Assembly: GCA_963830915.1 (NCBI GenBank)
Contig: CAWHOE010000049.1
Coordinates: 23,334-87,333, forward strand
Direction: 5' to 3'
From: a candidate division FCPU426 bacterium
GTDB taxonomy: Bacteria > Oederibacteriota > Muellerivitia > Muellerivitales > Muellerivitaceae
Length of the DNA stretch: 64,000 bases
Notes under the pieces: model-generated
Databases searched by the model: none
Told to the model about the DNA's origin: nothing
Seen by the model: the letters and a program-made list of their open reading frames with translations, nothing else
Shown here: positions 12,585-21,615 of the stretch, one piece after another
Layout: the number at the start of each line of letters is the position of its first letter
Numbering within the stretch: the stretch's first letter is position 1
Translations under genes and position numbers: made by a program

Positions 12585-13103
12585 ATGAATCAGTCCAAGT
12601 ACGATGTCATTTACATTCTAGATCCCAACACGAGCACGGAAGACATGGCGGCCGTCGCCGCCAAGGTCGAACAGATCGTGGCCGAAACCAAGGCGACCAT
12701 CCTGAAGAAGGATGATTGGGGAAAACGCCGTCTGGCCTATCTGGTGAAGAAACACCGGGAAGGACATTACGTGTTCTATCACCTCCAGGCTCCGCCTGAG
12801 ACGGTGGCCGAATTGAACCGTAACTTCCGCCTCCTGGAGCGGGTCATCAAGTTCATGATCGCCAAGGACACCATCAGCCATCTGAAGGCCAAGGTGAAGC
12901 CGCCCCGCGTGAAGACCAGCACGGAAGGAACGGGGACCCGTCCCTACTCCTCCAACTCGCGCACGAGCCATTCGTCGCACCGTCCGACAGCGCCGAGCCA
13001 TTCCGGCCCGTCCGCCCCGTCCTCGACGAGCGCCCCGACCGCTCCGGCCCCGGCGGCCGCCCCGGTGGAAGCCCCAGCTCCGACCGCCCCTCCAGCCGTT
13101 TAA
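12585..13103 (+). CDS. rpsF: 30S ribosomal protein S6 with long Ser/Pro/Ala tail
   Basis: WGKRRLAY...EGHY motif; rpsF-ssb-rpsR order; Shine-Dalgarno GGAGGT. Confidence 0.95.
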   Translation: MNQSKYDVIYILDPNTSTEDMAAVAAKVEQIVAETKATILKKDDWGKRRLAYLVKKHREGHYVFYHLQAPPETVAELNRNFRLLERVIKFMIAKDTISHLKAKVKPPRVKTSTEGTGTRPYSSNSRTSHSSHRPTAPSHSGPSAPSSTSAPTAPAPAAAPVEAPAPTAPPAV

Positions 13104-13132
13104 CCATTCACCGCTGAACCAGGGAGGCGAGC

Positions 13133-13558
13133 ATGCCTAATTTCAACAAAGTGTTCCTGATGGGGAATCTCACCAAGGACCCGGAATTGCGTTACACCGC
13201 GGGGGGCGCGCCCGTGGCCAACCTTCGTTTGGCCATCAACCGCGTCTACCAGCTGCAATCCGGCGAGAAGAAAGAGGACGTCTGCTTCGTGACGGTGGTG
13301 GTCTGGCGCAAACAGGCCGAGGCCGCCGGGGAATACCTGCACAAGGGCGACCCAGTTTTCGTGGAAGGGCGTCTGCAGAGCCGTTCCTGGGAGACCGATG
13401 ACAAGCAGAAACGCAGCATCATGGAAGTGGTGGCCGAGCGCATCCAGTTCCTGAACCGGGGCAAGGGTTCGGGGGAAGCCGTCCATGACACGACCGAAGA
13501 AGAGGGCGCGCCTCAGCCCCCGGCCGCCGCCGGCAGTGAAGAGGACATTCCTTTTTAA
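13133..13558 (+). CDS. ssb: Single-stranded DNA-binding protein
   Basis: NKVFLMGNLTKDPELRY; C-terminal EEDIPF. Confidence 0.97.
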   Translation: MPNFNKVFLMGNLTKDPELRYTAGGAPVANLRLAINRVYQLQSGEKKEDVCFVTVVVWRKQAEAAGEYLHKGDPVFVEGRLQSRSWETDDKQKRSIMEVVAERIQFLNRGKGSGEAVHDTTEEEGAPQPPAAAGSEEDIPF

Positions 13559-13568
13559 GGATCATTTT

Positions 13569-13587
13569 CACCACCAAGGGCACCAAG
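13569..13587 (+). repeat. Family C repeat arm (CACCAAGGG 9-bp units), solo
   Basis: CACCACCAAGGGCACCAAG, followed by a tail similar to the copies at 39639 and 43063. Confidence 0.7.
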
Positions 13588-13642
13588 AAAGAATTTTTTT
13601 AATAACCGAAAACCAAAAGGCGATTTTTAAAGGAGAAATGAC

Positions 13643-13930
13643 ATGGCAGACGAAAAGAGAGAAAGCAGACCACCCCGTCCGGACGGACCGAGGGGAGAAG
13701 GCGGAGGAGGCCGGTTCCGCAGGCCCCGCCGCAAATCCTGCCGGTTCTGCGCCGAGAAGATCGTCGCGATCGACTATAAAGACTACAACCGCATCCGTAC
13801 CTTCGTCAGCGAAAGGGGCAAGATCGTCCCGAGCCGCATGACCGGTACCTGCGCGAGCCACCAGCGTGAGCTCACCAAGGCCATCAAGCGCGCCCGCAAC
13901 ATCGCCTTGCTGCCTTTCGCGAACGCTTAA
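13643..13930 (+). CDS. rpsR: 30S ribosomal protein S18
   Basis: CRFC...IDYKD...[13 protein letters not shown]...[13 protein letters not shown]. Confidence 0.97.
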   Translation: MADEKRESRPPRPDGPRGEGGGGRFRRPRRKSCRFCAEKIVAIDYKDYNRIRTFVSERGKIVPSRMTGTCASHQRELTKAIKRARNIALLPFANA

Positions 13931-13956
13931 TAAAAGAATAAAAGAAGGAGGTTCCA

Positions 13957-14732
13957 TTGGACCTCTTGATCGCACTCATCCTCTGGCTGGCCTTTACGGG
14001 GATGATCACCGGTATTTCCTCGCTGACCTCGGCCTGGGCCCTTTTGAAAGGGTCCAAGCCGCTGGGAGCGGTCTTGGCCGGCGCCTTAGCCTCCGCCCTA
14101 TTCCTGGTCGTCGCCTTCCTCATCCTTCAATCGGATGAGAAGGTCAAGGGTCTGGCCCTGCTCCAAAGCCTCATGGACGAGAGCTGGAAGACCCAGTCCG
14201 CCCTCTACCACGCCAAGGGCATGACGGAGGAGGATATCGCCCTCCTCAAGAACTTCTCCGATAAATACGTTTCTGGGCCTTCCCGGCCTGGGTGCTCCTG
14301 GGCAGTATGATCATGGGCTTGGTCTCTTACTATCTTTCCTCGGTCATCTTCATGCGTGTCACCCCCAAGATCCCCCGTCCCATGAGGTTCCGGGATTGGG
14401 TTTTGCCCGAACCCTTGGTGTTCGGCCTGGTGGTCGGAGGCCTGCTGAAGGTGGCGCAGGGAATGCTCCAGCTCACGCCGGACCAAAGCACCGTGGTCGA
14501 GGTCATCGCCAACAACCTGCTGGTATTGTTCGTGGGCATCTACGCGATGGCGGGCCTGTGCATCATCTCCTTCTTCCTGCATAAATGGCGCCTGCCGTCC
14601 ATCGTCAGGTTCCTCGGTTATTTTCTGTTGTTGTTATCCGCCGGTTTCCAGATCCCCTGCGCGTTGGGGGTGCTGGATGTCTGGTTCGATTTTCGTAAGC
14701 TGAAATCCCCACCTTTGGAGCAAACCTCATGA
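13957..14732 (+). CDS. DUF2232/YybS-like membrane protein (frameshift near 14270)
   Basis: Two overlapping hydrophobic ORFs between rpsR and rplI; C-terminal LGVLDVWFDFRK. Confidence 0.75.
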
Positions 14733-15172
14733 AAGTCATATTGAAAGCCGACGTACCCCGTATCGGGAAAAAAGGCGAGATATTGGAAGTCAAGGAGGGC
14801 TATGCCCGCAACTTCCTGATCCCCAATAAGCTGGCCCTGGAAGCCTCGGGCGGCGTCATGAAACAGGTGGAAGAGACCAAAAAGGCCGAGGAACGGCGCA
14901 AGTCGAAGGAAAAGGAAGAGGCCGAGGCCTTGGCCGCCAAGATCAAGGGAATCACCATCACCCTCCGGCACAAGGCCGGGGACGAGGGAAGGCTGTTCGG
15001 GTCCATCACCTCGGCGGAGATCGTCGAGGCCTTGAAGGAAAAGGGATTCGATATCGACAAGAAACAGGTCCACCTGGATGACCACATCCGCCTGGTGGGC
15101 AAGCATGACGTGAAGATCAAGCTCCATACCGAGGTCATGGCCTCCCTCCATGTCGAGGTCATGAAGCAGTAA
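14729..15172 (+). CDS. rplI: 50S ribosomal protein L9
   Basis: MKVILKADV...GYARNFLIP...GRLFGSIT. Confidence 0.97.
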   Translation: MKVILKADVPRIGKKGEILEVKEGYARNFLIPNKLALEASGGVMKQVEETKKAEERRKSKEKEEAEALAAKIKGITITLRHKAGDEGRLFGSITSAEIVEALKEKGFDIDKKQVHLDDHIRLVGKHDVKIKLHTEVMASLHVEVMKQ

Positions 15173-15186
15173 GTTTATTTGGGGTT

Positions 15187-15579
15187 TTATTTCGACGCTT
15201 TTTCGGCCCATCGCAAAACTTTTTCAGCCAGCCCAAGCGCTTTTTCATACTCCGTTGGTTGAATGTCCAAAAAATCCAAGGGGTAGCGGCCTTTGATGAT
15301 AAAGCCGCTTAAATGCTCGGCTTCTTTGACTTCTGGGGGCGCTGATATCGGGGTAGGAAGAAGATTGAACAAATCCCGCAAATTATGGGTCGGGGGAAAC
15401 CCGATCTTGTGCCGCAACAAAACGGCTTTCAAGGCTTTTTCAGCTGACTGTTGACAATGAAAACAAAGAGCCCCCAAACGGACATCGGGCAATCTGCCCG
15501 CGCGGGCCAAGGCCAAGTCGCTTTTCGCGAATTGCAACCAAATGGCGGGATCGTTCAAATCCCTCTCTTCAGACGGCAT
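15187..15579 (-). CDS. HEPN domain protein
   Basis: W...A..DL..A...CFHCQQSAEKALKA...THNL..L...RYP. Confidence 0.88.
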   Translation of the reverse strand: MPSEERDLNDPAIWLQFAKSDLALARAGRLPDVRLGALCFHCQQSAEKALKAVLLRHKIGFPPTHNLRDLFNLLPTPISAPPEVKEAEHLSGFIIKGRYPLDFLDIQPTEYEKALGLAEKVLRWAEKASK

Positions 15580-15886
15580 AAACTTCACGCCCTTCTTCGA
15601 GAGCCCACTTGTAAACCAACGCGCAATTGTCTTTATATTTTTCTAGAACGTTAGGGGTGGCCACGATCAGGTCATAGCCGATATTGACCCCGCCTACATG
15701 GTTGTAAAGTTCATGGGTCACATGACCGCTATCGGTCCCATCCGGCATGACGACCAATAGGTCAATATCACTATGGGGTCCCATGTCACCTCGGGCCGCT
15801 GACCCGAAAAGGATGATACGTAGAGGATGAGCTGTCTCCACGATCTGACCGACTAACTTGTCAATGATCGTCGTTTCAACTTGCAC
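15569..15886 (-). CDS. Minimal nucleotidyltransferase (MNT) antitoxin
   Basis: ILFGSAARG...SDIDLLVV; overlaps the HEPN gene. Confidence 0.9.
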   Translation of the reverse strand: MQVETTIIDKLVGQIVETAHPLRIILFGSAARGDMGPHSDIDLLVVMPDGTDSGHVTHELYNHVGGVNIGYDLIVATPNVLEKYKDNCALVYKWALEEGREVYAV

Positions 15887-16004
15887 GGGGTCTCCTGATT
15901 CAAATTCATCCTATGATCTTTGGTTGGTAACCCGACCATTAAGCGTATTTTATGCCCAATCCGCGGAGGCTACAAGCGCCTATCCTTTCGATGGGCATTC
16001 GATT

Positions 16005-16046
16005 TGGGGATAACGTGAACAAAGTTATCCACCGGTGGATAACTTT
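16005..16046. promoter_or_regulatory. Three DnaA-box-like 9-mers upstream of dnaB
   Basis: TGGGGATAA (16005-16013), TTATCCACC (16025-16033) and GGTGGATAA (16034-16042), each 1 mismatch from TTATCCACA. The last two lie in a perfect 26-bp palindrome. Confidence 0.55.
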
Positions 16047-16124
16047 CACGCCCGTCCGAATATTTTTCTCCTGCTTCCTCCCTGACTGGCTAAAATACAA
16101 AAACTCAAAGACACTTTACAGTCT

Positions 16125-16295
16125 ATTGAACCACCAAGTTCACCAAGGGCACCAAGTAAAGCAAAATCAAAAATTGGGGTTTAGGCTTTGGGTGGTATTA
16201 AAAAATCTTGAACCTTAAGCATGCGGGCGAATATTAAGAATTAAACAATAGGATTTGGATCATTTTTTCTTGGTGAACTTGGTGCCCTTGGTGGT
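16125..16295. repeat. Family C paired inverted-repeat element
   Basis: ATTGAACCACCAAGTTCACCAAGGGCACCAAG ... CTTGGTGAACTTGGTGCCCTTGGTGGT around an AT-rich core. Confidence 0.85.
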
Positions 16296-16323
16296 ATAAA
16301 TTTTTTCTAGAGGTTACCGTCTC

Positions 16324-17715
16324 ATGGAAGTCGCCCGCAAAAGCAACCCGCTTTCCCCCACGCCCAACAGCCAGGATTTTCGCGTTCCGCCCCAGGACCT
16401 GGAGGCCGAACAGTCGGTGCTGGGAGCCATGTTGCTCTCGCCTGAGGCCATCCGCATGGTCATCCCCATCTGCAAGGAACAGGACTTCTACCGCGAGGCC
16501 AACCGCAAGCTGTACAAGGCCATCGTGGCCCTGGACGACCGCAAGGAACCGGTGGACGCCATCACCCTCAGCGCGGAACTCAAACGCATGGGCGAGTTCG
16601 ACACCATCGGGGGCCTGTCGGCCCTGACCGCCCTGGCGGACCGGGTGCCCACCGCAGCCAACGCCGAATATTACGCCCAGATCGTCAAGGAAAAGGCCGC
16701 GGCCCGCAAGCTCATCGCCGCCGCCACCCAGGTGGTGTCCGACGCCTACGCCGACAGCCTGCCCATCAAGGAACTGCTGGACGACGCCGAGCACCGCATC
16801 TTCGAGGCCACCGAGCTTCGCGAGAGCAAGGACTTCGCCTCCATCAAGGAACTCATCGGCAAGAGCTACGAGTACGTCAACGAGCTGACCACCAAGGAAG
16901 GCAACATCACCGGCGTGCCCACCGGCTTCCCCGACCTGGACGAGTTGACCGCGGGCTTCCAGCCCTCCGAAATGATCGTCATCGGCGCCAGGCCCTCCAT
17001 GGGTAAGACCAGCTTGGCCCTGAACATCGCCCAGCACATCAGCATGGGCACCAACCAGCTCAAGAAGAGGGGCGCGGTGGGGTTCTTCTCCATAGAAATG
17101 ACCGCCAAGCAATTGGCCCTGCGCATGCTCTGCGCCGTGGCCCGCATCGACCTTCGCAAGGTCCGCTCCACCCACCTGAGCGAAAGCGACAAGGGTCGCC
17201 TGAACATCGCCTGCGACCAGATCTACCAGTCCAAGCTCTTCATCGACGACACTTCCTCCATGACGGTGCTGGACCTCAAAGCCAAGGCCCGCCGATTGAA
17301 GAGGGAATACGGCATCGGCATCCTGTTCGTCGACTATCTCCAGCTCATCCAGGCCGGTATCCGCACCGACAAGCGGGAACAGGAAATCGCCTATGTATCC
17401 CGGCAGTTGAAAGCCCTGGCCAAGGATTTGGACATCCCGGTGGTGGTGCTTTCCCAGCTGTCCCGCCCGCCCAAGGGCCAGGAAGACAAGAAGCCCCTTC
17501 TGTCGGACCTGAGGGAATCGGGCGCCATCGAGCAGGACGCCGACGTGGTCATCTTCATCCATAAGGAAAGCTCGGGACAGAATTCGGACCAGCCCAATTT
17601 CGCCTATGAGCTGGTGGTGGCGAAACAACGTAACGGTCCCACCGATTCCATCCCGGTGGTGTTCAAGAGGGAATATACTTCCTTTGAGTCGGCCTCGAGG
17701 GTCTCGGAAAGATAA
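16324..17715 (+). CDS. dnaB: Replicative DNA helicase
   Basis: PPQDLEAEQSVLG, GARPSMGKT, DYLQL and LSDLRESGAIEQDAD motifs. Confidence 0.98.
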   Translation: MEVARKSNPLSPTPNSQDFRVPPQDLEAEQSVLGAMLLSPEAIRMVIPICKEQDFYREANRKLYKAIVALDDRKEPVDAITLSAELKRMGEFDTIGGLSALTALADRVPTAANAEYYAQIVKEKAAARKLIAAATQVVSDAYADSLPIKELLDDAEHRIFEATELRESKDFASIKELIGKSYEYVNELTTKEGNITGVPTGFPDLDELTAGFQPSEMIVIGARPSMGKTSLALNIAQHISMGTNQLKKRGAVGFFSIEMTAKQLALRMLCAVARIDLRKVRSTHLSESDKGRLNIACDQIYQSKLFIDDTSSMTVLDLKAKARRLKREYGIGILFVDYLQLIQAGIRTDKREQEIAYVSRQLKALAKDLDIPVVVLSQLSRPPKGQEDKKPLLSDLRESGAIEQDADVVIFIHKESSGQNSDQPNFAYELVVAKQRNGPTDSIPVVFKREYTSFESASRVSER

Positions 17716-17738
17716 CGGAAACGGCAAAGGCTGAATTT

Positions 17739-17913
17739 GCCACAGATGTGCCGATTTTCATATGAAGTTAGAATATTGAAATCGGTACGATACCGACCCC
17801 TTTACAAGATTGATTGACGGTCGGCATGGACACAGATAAACACAGATTGGGATTCAGATTTAACACAAAAATTTGGTATTTGTATCCGTGTTCATCTGTG
17901 TTCATCTGTGGTT
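17739..17913. repeat. Family B paired element, left arm interrupted
   Basis: GCCACAGATG[insert]TGGACACAGATAAACACAGAT ... ATCCGTGTTCATCTGTGTTCATCTGTGGTT. Confidence 0.85.
17749..17826 (+). mobile_element. Double-hairpin miniature insertion element, copy 1 (78 bp)
   Basis: TGCCGA...AAATCGGTACGATACCGACC...GGTCGGCA with TG on both sides. Confidence 0.85.
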
Positions 17914-17944
17914 AAAATGTTTTTGGCTTAAGAAACTAGGAAAA

Positions 17945-19108
17945 ATGCGAATCCACACACACCTGATCCAACGCGGTAAAAATTTCGCTCCCAGCACCCC
18001 CTCCTGGGCCGAGATATCCCTGAAGGCCCTCCAGCATAACTTCCTCGAACTCAAGCGCCTGGCGGGCGACGCCGAAGTCCTGCCGGTGGTCAAAGCCAAC
18101 GCCTACGGTCACGGCCTGGTGCCGGTTTCCAAAGCCCTGGTGGGCGCGGGGGCCAAGGCCCTGGCGGTCGCCACGGTACGGGAAGGCGTGACCCTTCGAA
18201 ACGCCGTCGTGACCTGTCCCATCCTGATCCTCACCCCCACCCTTCCGGCCGAGATACCCACGCTTCTACAGTATTGCCTCACCCCCCAGGTCAGTTCGGT
18301 GGAGGGGGCCAGGGAACTGGCGAAGGTGGCCAAGCAAATGAAGGTCAGCCGAGTCCCTATCCATCTCAAGCTCGATACCGGCATGGGCCGGGTCGGGGTG
18401 AGGGTGGAAAGGGCCGTGCGTGAATTCGACACCATCCGAAGGATCCCCGGCATCCGGGTCGACGCGGTCTATACCCACCTGGCCACCGCCGATTGGCTGG
18501 ACCCCAAGTACGCCTGGAAACAGATCACCCTTTTCAAACAGGCCCTGGACGGGTTCCGTAAGATATCGGGCGGGAAAACTTTCCAATCCCACATGGCCAA
18601 CAGCGCCGCGCTCCTGGCTTATTACCCCCAGTCCGCCGGCACCTGGGTCAGGCCGGGCCTGGCCCTCTACGGGGTCTATCCCAATCAAAACCTGAGGAGC
18701 AAGGCGAAGCTTATCCCGGTCATGCAGGTCAAGACCAGGATCATCCACTTGAAGGCCCTCGATAAAGGGCAGTCGGTCAGCTACGGGCGCACCTATACGG
18801 CCAAGAAACCCATCAAGGTCGCCACCCTCTCGCTGGGTTACGCGGACGGGGTACAAAGGGTGTTGTCCAACAAAGCCCATTTCCTCGTGAGGGGCAAGAG
18901 GGTGCCGGTCATCGGCCGGGTCTGCATGGATATGACCCTGATCGACGTGTCGAAAGTTCCAGGGGTCAAGCTGGGGGATATCGCCACCTTCTTCGGGCGG
19001 GACGGAAAGACGGTCCTGTCGGTCAATGAGCAGGCGACCCTGGCCGGGACCATTTCTTATGAGCTTCTTTGCGCCGTGGGCGAACGGGTGCCAAGGATCT
19101 ACGTTTAA
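17945..19108 (+). CDS. alr: Alanine racemase
   Basis: VVKANAYGHG, HLKLDTGMGR, GRVCMD and TISYELLC motifs. Confidence 0.96.
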   Translation: MRIHTHLIQRGKNFAPSTPSWAEISLKALQHNFLELKRLAGDAEVLPVVKANAYGHGLVPVSKALVGAGAKALAVATVREGVTLRNAVVTCPILILTPTLPAEIPTLLQYCLTPQVSSVEGARELAKVAKQMKVSRVPIHLKLDTGMGRVGVRVERAVREFDTIRRIPGIRVDAVYTHLATADWLDPKYAWKQITLFKQALDGFRKISGGKTFQSHMANSAALLAYYPQSAGTWVRPGLALYGVYPNQNLRSKAKLIPVMQVKTRIIHLKALDKGQSVSYGRTYTAKKPIKVATLSLGYADGVQRVLSNKAHFLVRGKRVPVIGRVCMDMTLIDVSKVPGVKLGDIATFFGRDGKTVLSVNEQATLAGTISYELLCAVGERVPRIYV

Positions 19109-19125
19109 AACTCCAACGGATGTTG

Positions 19126-19377
19126 AACCACAGAGTCACACGGAGTCACTCAGAGTACGAAAAAGACAAAACCTTTCATTAGCCACAGATGAACACCGAT
19201 GAACACAGATTTTGATTTAGAAAAAAATAAGGATTCTTTTCTTTAACTAATTCTTACTCAATTCTCACTCTGTGTGACTCTGTGCCGAATCTCCTTATGA
19301 ACCAATATGGAAATCGGTACTATACCGACCTCTTTAGAACACATTAATAGAAGGTCGGCATGTGCGACTCCGTGGTT
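19126..19377. repeat. Family A paired element (CACAGAGTCR 10-bp units) with a nested family B arm and an interrupted right arm
   Basis: AACCACAGAGTCACACGGAGTCACTCAGAGT ... ACTCTGTGTGACTCTG[insert]TGTGCGACTCCGTGGTT. Confidence 0.88.
19283..19360 (+). mobile_element. Double-hairpin miniature insertion element, copy 2 (78 bp)
   Basis: Same ends and core; TG at 19281-19282 and 19361-19362. Confidence 0.88.
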
Positions 19378-19405
19378 AACTTGGCTTTATTCGAAAGGAA
19401 AATAA

Positions 19406-19771
19406 ATGCCGCAAATCATCCCTTCTCCCACCGTCATTCAATCCGCAGGCAATAAACCCAAAAAGATCGAGGAGTTCGTCGGGAGGGTCAACACCCACAC
19501 CCCGCAAGTCAGCGTCGCCCGCATGGTCAGCCCCAGCGGATGGGTGGAGCCGGGCCAAACCCCGGAGTTCGACGAATATACGGTGGTGTTGAAAGGGTCG
19601 CTTCGTGTGGAATCCAAGGAAGGTGTCTTGGATGTCAAAGCGGGCCAGGCGGTCTGGGTCAAAAAGGGGGAGTGGGTCAGGTATTCCAGTCCCTCATCCG
19701 AGGGCGCTGAGTATGTGGCGGTTTGTTTGCCCGCCTTCGGACCCGAAATCGTGCATAGGAATAAGGATTAA
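19406..19771 (+). CDS. Cupin domain protein
   Basis: GWVEPGQTPEFDEYTVVLKG...AGQAV...GEWVRYS. Confidence 0.85.
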   Translation: MPQIIPSPTVIQSAGNKPKKIEEFVGRVNTHTPQVSVARMVSPSGWVEPGQTPEFDEYTVVLKGSLRVESKEGVLDVKAGQAVWVKKGEWVRYSSPSSEGAEYVAVCLPAFGPEIVHRNKD

Positions 19772-19799
19772 ATATTTTATTAATTGGAGGTTCATATCC

Positions 19800-20594
19800 A
19801 TGTCCGAAATGTTTATCTCCCAAATCAAAATCCTAAATAGGTACTTCATTTTGATCATTCTATTTTCAATAGTTGCAAATATCGCAATTGCCAACCCGAA
19901 ATCAGCTCATAAGAAAAAATCACCGGCCGGGATGGTTTTGATACCTGGGGGCGAATATATGATGGGCTCTCCGATAACTGAAGGGTTAAATGATGAACAC
20001 CCACGGCACAGGGTATCGGTAGACGCTTTTTATATAGACAAGTATTTGGTTACGTTTAGGCAATATGACAAGTTTTGTGAAGCGACAAATCGGAAAAAAC
20101 CTGAAGACCAAGGATGGGGTCGGGGATCAAGGCCTGTAATCAATGTCTCTTGGGACGATGCTAATGCTTATTCTCAATGGGTCAATAAACGGCTTCCAAC
20201 AGAAGCGGAATATGAAAAAGCAGCTAGGGCAAGGACTGAAACAAAATATTTTTTTGGTAATGACGACTACCAATTGGGTAATTATGCCTGGTTTATAGAT
20301 AACTCTGGTGGGATGACCCATCCTGTTGGCGAGAAAAGGCCTAATCCTTATGGGCTATATGACATTCTTGGAAATGTTTGGGAATGGTGCTCGGATTGGC
20401 ATGATGCATATTATTACGCGAATAGCCCTTTGAGAAATCCACAAGGTTCAACAACGTACAAGAAAAATGGGCATGCAATGCGCGGTGGATCTTGGAATGA
20501 CGATAAATATTCATTGCGTGCGGCATGTCGTAGTTTTGGGGACGATGAACACTTGGATAATTACAATGGCTTTCGCTGTGCGAAAACTCCATAA
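19800..20594 (+). CDS. FGE-sulfatase (SUMF1-like, C-lectin fold) secreted protein
   Basis: RLPTEAEYEKAAR, PNPYGLYDILGNVWEW, RGGSW and GFRCA motifs; AT-rich. Confidence 0.92.
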   Translation: MSEMFISQIKILNRYFILIILFSIVANIAIANPKSAHKKKSPAGMVLIPGGEYMMGSPITEGLNDEHPRHRVSVDAFYIDKYLVTFRQYDKFCEATNRKKPEDQGWGRGSRPVINVSWDDANAYSQWVNKRLPTEAEYEKAARARTETKYFFGNDDYQLGNYAWFIDNSGGMTHPVGEKRPNPYGLYDILGNVWEWCSDWHDAYYYANSPLRNPQGSTTYKKNGHAMRGGSWNDDKYSLRAACRSFGDDEHLDNYNGFRCAKTP

Positions 20595-20625
20595 ATTTAT
20601 TCAGATAATTAATTTTTAGCCGATT

Positions 20626-20658
20626 GGCCCCGATATCGTGCACCGGGATTTAGAATAA
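20626..20658 (+). pseudogene. Short remnant of the cupin 3' end
   Basis: Encodes GPDIVHRDLE*; the cupin ends GPEIVHRNKD*. Confidence 0.6.
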
Positions 20659-20714
20659 AGGGCACCTCTGAAAATTGCTTTTTTGGTTTTGTCGGCACCA
20701 ATAAATAAGGCTTT

Positions 20715-20740
20715 CTTGGTGCCTTGGTGTCTTGGTGGTG
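20715..20740 (-). repeat. Family C repeat arm, solo, reverse orientation
   Basis: CTTGGTGCCTTGGTGTCTTGGTGGTG is the reverse complement of 39639-39664, and the flanks are also similar. Confidence 0.8.
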
Positions 20741-20823
20741 AATTATTAGATGTTCCTGGAATTGAATTAAACCGCTCAAGTGTTATCATAATCCTATAAG
20801 TGTAATCACTTTAGGAGGCTGCC

Positions 20824-21069
20824 GTGGTACGTACCCAGATTCAATTGACCAACAAACAAACCACTTCGTTGAAAAAAATCGCCCGGGAACGGCATATTTC
20901 CATGGCCGAGGTCATCCGCCAAGGCGTTGATCTATTCTTGAAAAACGGGATCATCAGCCCTGAGGAGCGGCGGAAACGCGCCATCGCCATTTCGGGGAAA
21001 TACCATTCCAAGCACACCGATCTTTCCACACATCACGACAAGTACCTGGCCGAAAGCTACGCCAAGTGA
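20824..21069 (+). CDS. CopG/ribbon-helix-helix antitoxin (VapB-like)
   Basis: MVRTQIQL...SMAEVIRQ...DLSTHHDKYL; overlaps the PIN gene. Confidence 0.85.
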   Translation: MVRTQIQLTNKQTTSLKKIARERHISMAEVIRQGVDLFLKNGIISPEERRKRAIAISGKYHSKHTDLSTHHDKYLAESYAK

Positions 21070-21464
21070 CCACTTTCATTGACACGTCCTTTTTTATCGC
21101 GCTTTTAACGAAAGAGGACCGTTTCCACGAAAAAGCCGATCAGGCTTGGAAACTTCTGCTTGAATCGGACGCCACCCTGGTTTCCAGTAATTACATTCTT
21201 TTGGAGACCTTCTCCCTGATCCAAAACCGCCTGGGTTTGGAAGCCGTCGCCGATTTTCAAAGGGTTGTTGTGCCGCTACTATCATTGGAATGGGTGGATG
21301 AGAGCTGCCATGAGGCGGGTCTTGCCACCGTATTGACCGCCAAACGAAGGAATCTGAGTCTCGTGGACTGTGTCAGTTTTGAGGTTATGCGGCGTAATGG
21401 GGTCAAGAACGTCCACACTTTTGACAAGCATTTTGGTGAACATGGTTTCCATTGTTTGCCCTAA
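21066..21464 (+). CDS. PIN-domain toxin (VapC-like)
   Basis: FIDTSFFIAL...D.FH...SLVDCVSF...TFDKHF. Confidence 0.9.
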   Translation: MTTFIDTSFFIALLTKEDRFHEKADQAWKLLLESDATLVSSNYILLETFSLIQNRLGLEAVADFQRVVVPLLSLEWVDESCHEAGLATVLTAKRRNLSLVDCVSFEVMRRNGVKNVHTFDKHFGEHGFHCLP

Positions 21465-21496
21465 CAGATTAAAAATGGAGCTAGGCAGTATGAATT

Positions 21497-21607
21497 AAGA
21501 AGGGGGAGTGGGTCAGGTATTCCAGTCCCTCGCCTGAGGGCGCGGAGTATGTGGCGGTTTGTTTGCCCGCTTTCGGACCCGATAGCGTGCATAGGGATCA
21601 GGTATAG
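21497..21607 (+). pseudogene. Duplicated 3' end (about 110 bp) of the cupin gene
   Basis: Direct repeat of 19661-19771; encodes KKGEWVRYSSPSPEGAEYVAVCLPAFGPDSVHRDQV*. Confidence 0.9.
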
Positions 21608-21615
21608 GAGAATGT

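Noticed and set aside
16234..17727. Long antisense or alternative-frame ORFs (also 35770-37359, 40386-41795, 47731-48846, 55200-56486)
   Set aside because: These are shadow ORFs of GC-rich genuine genes with no recognisable motifs.
17749..17826. Double-hairpin element as an IS110 bridge RNA or a mini-CRISPR
   Set aside because: By eye the variable loops show no match to the flanking target sequence and are partly self-complementary; no recombinase or cas gene is adjacent.
19800..20594. Diversity-generating retroelement target (FGE-sulfatase/C-lectin fold)
   Set aside because: No reverse transcriptase or template-repeat copy of its 3' end was seen. The nearby duplication belongs to the cupin gene and is not adenine-specific.
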